Positions 1-7,302 of a DNA stretch of 13,909 nt are shown here, in pieces. The stretch's first letter is position 1, and each line of letters opens with the position of its first letter. The translations under genes and the position numbers were made by a program. Source of the stretch: a bacterium (lineage in GTDB: Bacteria > Hydrothermota > 32-111); NCBI GenBank assembly GCA_046484245.1, contig JAWOBN010000106.1:1-13909 (forward strand). Reading direction: 5' to 3'. Below the pieces are notes generated by a model. That model worked only from the letters and a program-made list of their open reading frames with translations, did no database searches and was not told where the DNA came from.

Positions 1-14
1 CCCCGGGGTCCTGG

Positions 15-59
15 AAAACAAAAAACCCCGGGCGGACCGTTTTCATGTCCACCCGGGGT
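15..59 (-). terminator. Intrinsic terminator (3:4 hairpin of a putative Phe attenuator)
   Basis: 13-bp GC-rich stem 25-37/47-59. Its single DNA mismatch (C33/A51) is a G-U pair on the minus-strand RNA. Followed on the minus strand by a U-tract (plus-strand aaaacaaaaaa, 15-25). Confidence 0.8.
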
Positions 60-77
60 GCTGCTTGCTGCAGATAT

Positions 78-176
78 TTAAATCATGCGGCACACCGCCG
101 GATGGACGCTTCTAAAACCAAAAAAGAAGCGCCCGAAAGCAAAAAAGAATACCTGGCGATGTAAATATGCCTTCAT
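78..176 (-). CDS. Putative phenylalanine leader (attenuator) peptide, 32 aa: MKAYLHRQVFFFAFGRFFFGFRSVHPAVCRMI
   Basis: 8 Phe in 12 consecutive codons (149-114), resembling E. coli PheL (FFFAFFFTF). Overlaps alternative hairpins and stops about 18 nt before a terminator. SD is weak. Confidence 0.7.
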   Translation of the reverse strand: MKAYLHRQVFFFAFGRFFFGFRSVHPAVCRMI

Positions 177-225
177 TTTATTGAAAAATACATTCCTGAA
201 ACGATTTTTTTTAAAATATATAGTG

Positions 226-254
226 CCTGAACGAAAAGCAGGTTTTCGTTCAGG
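226..254. repeat. Perfect 12-bp inverted repeat (REP-like hairpin)
   Basis: cctgaacgaaaa-gcagg-ttttcgttcagg. Confidence 0.8.
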
Positions 255-369
255 AAATCCGAAGCTCGAAATCCGAAACAATGACCAAAACCCTAAATGC
301 ATCAATGACAGAAACATCCTGTTTTAAGCTGTTGGTTTTTATCATTTGAACATTCGATATCAAAATTTT
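255..369. repeat. Heptamer-periodic, imperfect inverted repeat with a truncated right arm
   Basis: aaatccg aagctcg aaatccg aaacaat at 255-282; caatgacagaaac (about 303-315) pairs imperfectly with gtttttatcatttg (about 335-348). Confidence 0.45.
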
Positions 370-370
370 G

Positions 371-515
371 GGGACGGTGGTTAACTGTGTCAACTCATCA
401 CTATATGTCCCGAATAAATACTACTTACAAAGCATCAATGTCATAATTCTATCTATTAGTGCAATGTAAATCATATTATTTCAAACAATGAGTTGACATA
501 GTTAACCACCGTCCC
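371..515. mobile_element. Non-coding 145-bp element with 28-bp terminal inverted repeats (MITE/REPIN-like)
   Basis: gggacggtggttaactgtgtcaactcat (371-398) versus atgagttgacatagttaaccaccgtccc (488-515): 27/28 complementary. AT-rich 89-bp interior; no target-site duplication seen. Confidence 0.65.
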
Positions 516-2405
516 TTGATTCTGTATTGCCGAAAACAGTATCTTAGGGACGAGTTTCATATTCTCTCACTTGCATATTTTTTATTTACATTTATAATTA
601 AAAATAAACAAGGGGGCACTTCGGGAGATATAGCTGTTGTTTTCACCATACTCGGCATAACCATAGTACTATTCATCACAGAGATTGTCCGCATAGATGT
701 TGCGGCAATACTCGCCATGCTGGCTCTTGCATGGACAGGCATACTGACACCTGCCGAGGCATTCTCGGGATTCTCCAGTAATGCTGTCATAGCAGTGCTC
801 TCTGTTATGATAATGGGCAGGGGCATATCTGATACGGGTGTTATGGACAGTGTCAGCGGATTCATACTGAAAATTACCGGGGATACAGAGACAAAGGTCA
901 GGGCAGGCGTGTCCTTCTCAGTGGGCATCATGTCTGCATTCATGCAGAACATCGGCGCAACAGCCCTTTTCCTGCCTGCACTTTCAGGCATATCAAGAAG
1001 AGCGAAAATCCCCGTGTCCCGTCTTATCATGCCTCTGGGGTTTGCTGCAATTGCAGGCGGAACACTCACAATGGTTGCATCGGGGCCTGTGATTGTTCTA
1101 AATGATCTGATGAGGCAATCCGGACTTGAGCCATTCTCACTGTTTTATATTACACCTATAGGCATACTGCTCCTTATTACTGTGGTACTGTACTTTATTG
1201 TTGCAGGCAAAAGGATATTGCCGCAGTCAGACAGCAGCAGCCAGAGGAATTATCAGCAGGAACTTGTTGATGCATGGCATCTCCCTGCAGAGATATACAG
1301 ATTCAATATACCTGAAAACAGCCCTATAATAGGAAAAACAAGAGAGGGATTAAGGAAGGACTGTGACTGTGATGTACATATAATCGCCATGTATAAGGAT
1401 GATGACATCAAGTATGCTCCATGGCGGTACACAAAATTTGAATCAGATACGGAGATTGCTGTTTTGGGAAGCAATGAGGAGATAGATAAATTCGCGCAGA
1501 CAATGGACCTTGAAAGAAGAGAGAAGATGGATAAATTCAGGAGTCTGAAAAACCCCGAGCATGCAGGATTTGCTGAAGTGATGATACCGTACAGGTCAAA
1601 ATTTGTCGGTCTTACAATCAGGGATATTGCAATGAGAAAGAATTATCATGTGGAACCCATTGCACTTATATCAGAGAATGTTCAGTCAAGGGAGAATTTT
1701 TCCGATATTCCGCTGAAGGCAGGCAATACACTTATTGTTTACGGGAAGTGGAATGATATTGATAATCTGGAGAATAATCAGAACTGCTCTGTCATTACAC
1801 CCTACAAGACAAAACCATTGAAAAAATCAAAAGCACTTACTGCCATTATCTGTTTTCTTGCAGCCATACTGCTTGCTGTTCTGGGGATAAGGCTCTCATT
1901 GGCATTACTCACAGGTGCTGTGAGCATGGTCGTGCTGAGGGTGCTTACAATGGAGGATGCCTACAAGGCAGTGGACTGGAAGACCGTATTCCTACTTGCA
2001 GGCCTCATACCGCTGAGTATTGCAATGGAAAAGAGCGGTGCAGCGTCATTCATTGCCAATAATATCATAGAGGTGCTGGAGGGTGCTCACATGCTTCTTA
2101 TACTGGGAGTACTGGGACTTATAACAACAATATTCTCACTTTTCATGAGCAATGTGGCTGCAACAGTGCTCCTTGTGCCGCTCATTATCAATCTTGCCCC
2201 AATGCTCAATGCAGACCCGAGGATACTGGCTCTCTTCATTGCAGTAATGACAGCCAATTCATTTATACTGCCGACTCATCAGGTCAATGCCTTCCTGCTT
2301 TCATTCGGCAATTATTCAAACAGGGATTATCTCAAAGCTGGAAGCGGGCTTACTGTCCTGTTTCTGGCAGCAGCATCCCTTATAATGTATATAATATATC
2401 TATAA
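516..2405 (+). CDS. SLC13/DASS-family anion permease with two TrkA-C (RCK_C) domains; true start probably near 621-630
   Basis: Multi-TM N- and C-terminal halves with repeated SAFMQN / SLFMSN motifs, GGTLTMVAS, VDWKTVFLLAG and SFILPTHQVN. Central TrkA-C repeats (IPENSPIIGKT, IPYRSKFVGLTIRD). The first ~35 codons from TTG 516 overlap the promoter and look non-coding. Confidence 0.88.
   Translation: MILYCRKQYLRDEFHILSLAYFLFTFIIKNKQGGTSGDIAVVFTILGITIVLFITEIVRIDVAAILAMLALAWTGILTPAEAFSGFSSNAVIAVLSVMIMGRGISDTGVMDSVSGFILKITGDTETKVRAGVSFSVGIMSAFMQNIGATALFLPALSGISRRAKIPVSRLIMPLGFAAIAGGTLTMVASGPVIVLNDLMRQSGLEPFSLFYITPIGILLLITVVLYFIVAGKRILPQSDSSSQRNYQQELVDAWHLPAEIYRFNIPENSPIIGKTREGLRKDCDCDVHIIAMYKDDDIKYAPWRYTKFESDTEIAVLGSNEEIDKFAQTMDLERREKMDKFRSLKNPEHAGFAEVMIPYRSKFVGLTIRDIAMRKNYHVEPIALISENVQSRENFSDIPLKAGNTLIVYGKWNDIDNLENNQNCSVITPYKTKPLKKSKALTAIICFLAAILLAVLGIRLSLALLTGAVSMVVLRVLTMEDAYKAVDWKTVFLLAGLIPLSIAMEKSGAASFIANNIIEVLEGAHMLLILGVLGLITTIFSLFMSNVAATVLLVPLIINLAPMLNADPRILALFIAVMTANSFILPTHQVNAFLLSFGNYSNRDYLKAGSGLTVLFLAAASLIMYIIYL
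571..598 (+). promoter_or_regulatory. Sigma70-type promoter for the sulfur operon
   Basis: TTGCAT (571-576), 16-bp spacer, TATAAT (593-598), followed by SD-like aagggggc at 610-617. Confidence 0.6.
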
Positions 2406-2423
2406 GTAATAAAGGAGGAAATA

Positions 2424-3812
2424 ATGTATGTTGAACAATTTTACGAAACCGGGCTGTCACACAGTTCCTATCTCCTGGGAGGAGAGAATCAATGCGCAAT
2501 AATTGACCCCCAGAGGGATACAGAGAAGTATATCAAGGCGGCAAAGGCAATGGGCATGAAGATCACGCATATCATTGAAACGCATCTCCATGCGGATTTT
2601 ATATCAGGCCATATGGATCTGGCAGAAAAGACAGGTGCTGACATATATGCCCCCAAATCAGCCAGATGCAAGTACAAGCATATTGCCCTGAAAGAGGGTG
2701 ATTCATTCAAGATAGAGCATGTCAAACTGGATGTGCTTGAAACACCGGGGCATACACCGGAGCATATAAGTTATGTTGTGACAGATACATCCAGAGGCAA
2801 ATCCCCTGCATGCCTGTTCTGCGGTGATACGCTTTTTGTAGGTGATGTGGGCAGACCGGATCTTTTCCCCGGAAGGGCAGAGGAACTGGCGGGCAAATTA
2901 TTCAATTCCCTCAAGAAACTGAAAAAGCTGCCGGCTCATGTGGAGGTATTCCCCGCCCATGGTGCAGGTTCACTCTGCGGCAGGGCAATGGGCGCAAAGA
3001 GGCGCAGTACAATAGGTTATGAGAAGAAGTACAATGAGCCCTTCAAGATGAAGAGTAAGAAACAGCTGATAACATCACTGACAACCAATATGCCCCCTGC
3101 ACCGGATCATTTCTCACGTTGCTCTGAGATAAACAGAAAGGGCCCCAAGAAGCTCTCTAAAATGAAACCCCTTGAAAAGATAGCTCCAGCAGAATTCCAC
3201 AAGAAATCCGGCAGTCCGGGCACTGTTGTTCTGGATGGCAGGGATTATGATGCATTCGGGGGCCAGCATGTGCCGGGTTCATATCATATTGACTGCGGAG
3301 GCAAATTTTCCACATTCAGCGGATGGGTAATACCGCCCAATAAAAAGATACTCCTCGTTGCAGGCAGTAAGGAGCAGGCTGAGACAATGGCTCTCAAATT
3401 AAGGCGTGTAGGACTGGATAATATTGAGGGCTTTTTGAATGGCAGTCTGTTTGAATGGTCAAAGAATGGACTGGAAGCAGGGCATCTAAGGGTTGTTTCT
3501 GCAAGTGAGGCTTATAATATGATGAATGGCAAGGATAGTATTGTATTTGTGGATGTAAGGGCTCCTGATGAATTTGAAGACATGCATATCAAGGGCACTG
3601 TTAATATCCCGGCACCTGATCTGAGAACAGATTATAAAAAACTCAGTAAAAAGGATACAATTCTGCTCTCATGCACAACAGGTCACAGGTCATCACTCGG
3701 TGCGAGCATATTGATGCAGAAAGGTTTTGAGAACCTCTTTAATGTGGCAGGCGGAATCAATGGACTCAATGAACTGGGCAAGAATCTCAAATGCAAATCA
3801 TGCAAGAAATAG
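2424..3812 (+). CDS. MBL-fold persulfide dioxygenase-like hydrolase fused to two rhodanese domains (CstB-like)
   Basis: ETHLHADFISG, TPGHTPEH, GDTLF and PAHGAGSLCG motifs. Middle rhodanese lacks the active-loop Cys; C-terminal rhodanese has DVR..EF...HI.G and CTTGHRS. SD aaggagg upstream. Confidence 0.9.
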   Translation: MYVEQFYETGLSHSSYLLGGENQCAIIDPQRDTEKYIKAAKAMGMKITHIIETHLHADFISGHMDLAEKTGADIYAPKSARCKYKHIALKEGDSFKIEHVKLDVLETPGHTPEHISYVVTDTSRGKSPACLFCGDTLFVGDVGRPDLFPGRAEELAGKLFNSLKKLKKLPAHVEVFPAHGAGSLCGRAMGAKRRSTIGYEKKYNEPFKMKSKKQLITSLTTNMPPAPDHFSRCSEINRKGPKKLSKMKPLEKIAPAEFHKKSGSPGTVVLDGRDYDAFGGQHVPGSYHIDCGGKFSTFSGWVIPPNKKILLVAGSKEQAETMALKLRRVGLDNIEGFLNGSLFEWSKNGLEAGHLRVVSASEAYNMMNGKDSIVFVDVRAPDEFEDMHIKGTVNIPAPDLRTDYKKLSKKDTILLSCTTGHRSSLGASILMQKGFENLFNVAGGINGLNELGKNLKCKSCKK

Positions 3813-3821
3813 GAGGTAACA

Positions 3822-4337
3822 ATGGAATGGCTCACTCAAGTCAGGTGGTCTCCCTACATAGTGGGTGCAGGCATAGGTGTTTTGAGCTGGATTACATTTC
3901 TCATATCAGATAAGCCCCTTGGATGCTCTACTGCATTTGCCAGAACAAGCGGAATGCTGGGCAAGATATTCGGCAGGAAGAGGATAGAGGAGAATAAGTA
4001 CTTTCAGAAATTTGTTCCTGAGATTGACTGGGAATGGATGCTTGTTCTGGGTGTGATAATAGGAGCATTTGTATCAGCACTTATATCCGGTGATTTCCGT
4101 TTCTTCTTTCTCCCGTCCAAATGGCTTGCGACTTTCGGCAATACTCCTGTTTTGAGATTCTTTGTAGCACTCATAGGGGGAGTATTGATGGGATTCGGAG
4201 CCCGGTGGGCAGGCGGATGCACATCAGGACATGGTATAAGCGGTGCGCTTCAGCTGGCAATCACTTCCTGGATTGCGGCAATATGCTTTTTCATCGGGGG
4301 TATTGCTGCTGCATTCTTAATCTTCAGGGTATTTTAG
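3822..4337 (+). CDS. YeeE/YedE family sulfur-compound (thiosulfate) transporter subunit
   Basis: WSPY..GAGIG, PLGCST and GFGARWAGGCTSGHG motifs; hydrophobic; SD aggagg. Confidence 0.9.
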   Translation: MEWLTQVRWSPYIVGAGIGVLSWITFLISDKPLGCSTAFARTSGMLGKIFGRKRIEENKYFQKFVPEIDWEWMLVLGVIIGAFVSALISGDFRFFFLPSKWLATFGNTPVLRFFVALIGGVLMGFGARWAGGCTSGHGISGALQLAITSWIAAICFFIGGIAAAFLIFRVF

Positions 4338-4347
4338 GAGGTATGTT

Positions 4348-4902
4348 ATGTTGGAAAGACTTCATTCAAAGAAAGGTCTGCAGCTCTTAATAGCACTCAT
4401 TGCAGGTTTTTTATTCGGATTTCTTCTCCAGAAGGGCGGGGCGACAAAATACAATGTGATAATCGGACAATTACTCCTTGAAGATAATACTGTTGTCAAG
4501 ATAATGCTATCAGCAGTTGTAACAGGCATGATAGGCATATATGCAATGAAGGCAATGGGGATTGCAAAACTCCATCCCAAACCCGGCTCATGGGTCACAG
4601 CAGGAATCGGCGGACTGATATTCGGAGTGGGATTTGCTGTTCTGGGCTATTGTCCGGGCACAGTTGCAGGTGCTGTCGGCAATGGGGCAATGGACGCGCT
4701 TGCTGGCGGTGTTGTAGGCATAATAATAGGAGCAGGCCTCTTTGCAGGCGTTTATGCAAAACTCCTCCCATTTCTCAATAAGGGAAGCTTTAAGAAACTG
4801 ACACTGCCCGAACTCCTCAATGTCAATGAATGGATTGTTATTATGCCTGTTGTTGCTGTTATTGTGCTTCTTCTTGTTCTCCTTGAAAGAGCGGGTCTTT
4901 AA
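4348..4902 (+). CDS. YeeE/YedE family sulfur-compound transporter subunit
   Basis: GFLFGFLLQKGG and GGLIFGVGFAVLGYCPGT motifs; SD aggagg. Confidence 0.9.
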   Translation: MLERLHSKKGLQLLIALIAGFLFGFLLQKGGATKYNVIIGQLLLEDNTVVKIMLSAVVTGMIGIYAMKAMGIAKLHPKPGSWVTAGIGGLIFGVGFAVLGYCPGTVAGAVGNGAMDALAGGVVGIIIGAGLFAGVYAKLLPFLNKGSFKKLTLPELLNVNEWIVIMPVVAVIVLLLVLLERAGL

Positions 4903-5268
4903 ATGGTTCTGGATATTATACTCCGCATATCCCGCTTTATAGGGATTATTGCTATTGTAATAATCTTCTGGGGCGTGCTGGTTACATTGTACAGATTCCT
5001 CATATATGAATACCTCAGGATGAAAAGGCATTATCATATGCACAAGCAGAGGGAGATACTGCGCCATACATTCGGCACATATCTGCTTCTCGGCCTGGAA
5101 TTCCTTATTGCAGCAGATATAATCAAGACAGTAATTGAATTTACATGGAAAGACCTCGGTATGCTGAGCGGCATTGTTGTGATAAGAACAATCATTGCAA
5201 TATTCCTTGACAGAGAGGTTGAGGATGTAAGGCATTATAGGGAAATTGAGGAAGAGAAAGAAAAATAG
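4903..5268 (+). CDS. DUF1622 family small membrane protein
   Basis: R..FG.YLLLGLEFLIAADIIKTV and LG.L..IVVIRT signature; ATG directly abuts the upstream TAA. Confidence 0.85.
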   Translation: MVLDIILRISRFIGIIAIVIIFWGVLVTLYRFLIYEYLRMKRHYHMHKQREILRHTFGTYLLLGLEFLIAADIIKTVIEFTWKDLGMLSGIVVIRTIIAIFLDREVEDVRHYREIEEEKEK

Positions 5269-5282
5269 ACAGTGATTCATTC

Positions 5283-5313
5283 GGGGTCAATAAATATTGG
5301 CCCCTATTCCCTT
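5283..5313 (+). terminator. Possible terminator of the sulfur operon
   Basis: Stem ggggtcaat (5283-5291) / attggcccc (5296-5304) with one G-U pair; weak U-tract. Confidence 0.5.
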
Positions 5314-5365
5314 AACACATTTTTAACATATTATTTATACTGTATTAACAGCATATGTTTATATT
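5312..5365 (+). promoter_or_regulatory. Pho-box promoter: four TT(A/T)A(C/T)A direct repeats with 11-bp period plus a -10 element
   Basis: TTAACA 5312, TTAACA 5323, TTTATA 5334, TTAACA 5345; -10-like TATATT at 5360-5365; directly upstream of the pst operon. Confidence 0.8.
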
Positions 5366-5397
5366 GTGCATAATGAAAAACCTAAAGGAGGTATGAA

Positions 5398-6429
5398 ATG
5401 AAGAAAGGCTTATTACTATTCACACTCGCGATTGTTCTTCTTTCTGCTGTTTCCATGTATGGAATGGAGACAAAGTTCAAGATGGAACTGTGGAACAGAT
5501 ACACAGCAGAAATTGAGGACGGAACAATCGGGAAAAGCCAGTTTGCCCTCAAGAGGGGATATTTCAGACTGGAACCCAAATTCAGTGATAATATCAAGGG
5601 TAGATTCAATCTGGATTTCTTCTCTGATGATGTTAACAGCGGAGCGGGAATTAAGCTTAAATATGCCTATCTGGATTTCAGCAAACTCATCCCGATTCCG
5701 GAGAGCAAGGTCACGGTAGGTCTTATGAAGAACTACTTCGGCACAATATATACATGGGATTATACAACAATAGACAAAGACCCGTCAGACAAGTATGGAG
5801 TGATCAGTTCCACTGATTACGGTTTTGGTTATTATGCACTGATTCCCGGCGGATTCGGTGAATATTCTCTGCAGATGTCAAATGGTGAGGGATACAAGAA
5901 AACAGGCGGCGATGTTGATATCAATCCTGCATTCATAGGCAATCTGAGGGTTATACCCCTTCCGGGCATAACACTCGGCGGCAGTGTGTATTATACGCAG
6001 AAAGGTCTTCTCAATTCAGATGAACTGTTGACAGCAGGAGACACAACGACAATGTCATTTGCAGGCATAGGGAAAGCAGCATTCGGGCCCGTATCACTGC
6101 TCGGTGAATTCCTGATGAAGAATGTTGACAATGCAAGTGCATCGGCATACATGGGTATGGGTGTACTTTCACTCGGCAGAATGTCTGACATTGATCTGGA
6201 TATTGTTGCAAGATATGACATGTCGGATCCGGACAAAGACACAGCTGATGACGGCTCACAGATGATCCTCGGTGGCATCAATTACTATGTTCTGAGAACA
6301 TCAAAGAACAAACCTGCAGTCTGGCTGCAGGCAAATTATTCAAGAACAATGTTTGAAGATGCAAATCAAAATGACATTGATGAAATTGCTTTTCAGCTCA
6401 GATGGGTCTTTTCCCATACAATTAATTAA
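5398..6429 (+). CDS. Putative outer-membrane beta-barrel porin, probably phosphate-selective (OprO/OprP-like)
   Basis: N-terminal signal peptide; amphipathic aromatic-rich strands (FALKRGYFRL, IKLKYAYLDF, ARYD, GGINYY, WLQANY, FQLRWVF); first gene of the pst operon. Confidence 0.7.
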   Translation: MKKGLLLFTLAIVLLSAVSMYGMETKFKMELWNRYTAEIEDGTIGKSQFALKRGYFRLEPKFSDNIKGRFNLDFFSDDVNSGAGIKLKYAYLDFSKLIPIPESKVTVGLMKNYFGTIYTWDYTTIDKDPSDKYGVISSTDYGFGYYALIPGGFGEYSLQMSNGEGYKKTGGDVDINPAFIGNLRVIPLPGITLGGSVYYTQKGLLNSDELLTAGDTTTMSFAGIGKAAFGPVSLLGEFLMKNVDNASASAYMGMGVLSLGRMSDIDLDIVARYDMSDPDKDTADDGSQMILGGINYYVLRTSKNKPAVWLQANYSRTMFEDANQNDIDEIAFQLRWVFSHTIN

Positions 6430-6447
6430 AGCAGAGAGGAGGAATTA

Positions 6448-7251
6448 ATGAAAAAATTCTTTACAATTCTAATAAGCATTCTGGCAATCACGGGAATAGT
6501 CTTTGCAGGCCAGATAACAATCACCGGTTCAACAACAGTATTCCCCATTGCTCAGAAATCAGCGGAAATGTTCATGGAAGCGAATCCCGAGATAAACATC
6601 TCGCTCAGGGGCGGCGGTTCCGGTACCGGTATTGCCGCACTGATAAACGGACAGACGGATATTGCCAATGCTTCAAGGTCCATGAAGACAAAGGAGAGAA
6701 AGCTTGCCAGGGAAAACGGCATCAATGTGGTTGAAAATATTGTTGCAAGGGACGGAATGGCAGTAGTTGTCCATCCCACCAATAATATTGATAAAATTAC
6801 AATAGAGCAGATGAAGAGCATCTATACAGGCGAAATTGAGAACTGGTCGGATCTCGGCGGCAAGGATAAGCCCATAGTAATTTTATCAAGGGATTATTCT
6901 TCAGGTACATTTGAGGTCTTCAAGGAATTGGTGCTGGAAGGAGACAAGGTCAGTGACAATTCATTGCTTCTTGCCTCAAATAAGGCAGTCCAGACAACAG
7001 TGGCAGATACACCCGGGGCAATAGGATATATAGGAATCGGATATATTAATGAAACAGTAAAGACACTGAAGCTCAATGGTGTGCTCCCGACAACTGAGAC
7101 AGTCAATGACAGGACATATAAGCTGTCAAGACCGCTCTTCATGTACACCAATGGTCAGCCCTCAGGTGATCTCGGACAGTTCATGGAATTCATATTCTCA
7201 CAGCAGGGTCAGACAATTGTAGAAGAAGTGGGCTATATACCCGTTAAGTAA
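6448..7251 (+). CDS. pstS: Phosphate ABC transporter substrate-binding protein
   Basis: Signal peptide; GSTTVFP, GGGSGTGI, DIANASR, SSGT and GAIGYIG motifs. Confidence 0.95.
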   Translation: MKKFFTILISILAITGIVFAGQITITGSTTVFPIAQKSAEMFMEANPEINISLRGGGSGTGIAALINGQTDIANASRSMKTKERKLARENGINVVENIVARDGMAVVVHPTNNIDKITIEQMKSIYTGEIENWSDLGGKDKPIVILSRDYSSGTFEVFKELVLEGDKVSDNSLLLASNKAVQTTVADTPGAIGYIGIGYINETVKTLKLNGVLPTTETVNDRTYKLSRPLFMYTNGQPSGDLGQFMEFIFSQQGQTIVEEVGYIPVK

Positions 7252-7262
7252 TATATATATAG

Positions 7263-7292
7263 GCAGGAGGCAATGGCCTCCTGCTCTTTTTT
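7263..7292 (+). terminator. Intra-operon stem-loop/terminator between pstS and pstC
   Basis: gcaggaggc-aatg-gcctcctgc (9-bp stem) followed by tctttttt. Confidence 0.8.
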
Positions 7293-7302
7293 GGAGAAAG
7301 AG

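Larger units (their letters stand above)
15..176 (-). promoter_or_regulatory. Ribosome-mediated transcription attenuator (Phe-sensing)
   Basis: Stem 1:2 (134-125 with 113-104), antiterminator 2:3 (107-93 with 60-47) and terminator 3:4 (59-47 with 37-25) are mutually exclusive. Each contains a mismatch that becomes G-U only on the minus strand. Confidence 0.7.

Noticed and set aside
1..200. Homopolymer-rich start as low-quality read sequence
   Set aside because: The A-runs correspond to Phe codons and a terminator U-tract, and three strand-consistent stems are present, so it looks biological. A different origin or chimeric join cannot be excluded.
85..327. 80-aa Lys-rich plus-strand ORF and the full 79-aa minus-strand ORF (78-317)
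   Set aside because: Both run through hairpins and heptamer repeats with no recognisable domain; only the last 32 codons of the minus ORF make sense, as a leader peptide.
7273..7302. pstC start at ATG 7273
   Set aside because: AGGAGG is only 2 nt upstream and locked in the hairpin; ATG 7303 has a suitably spaced SD.
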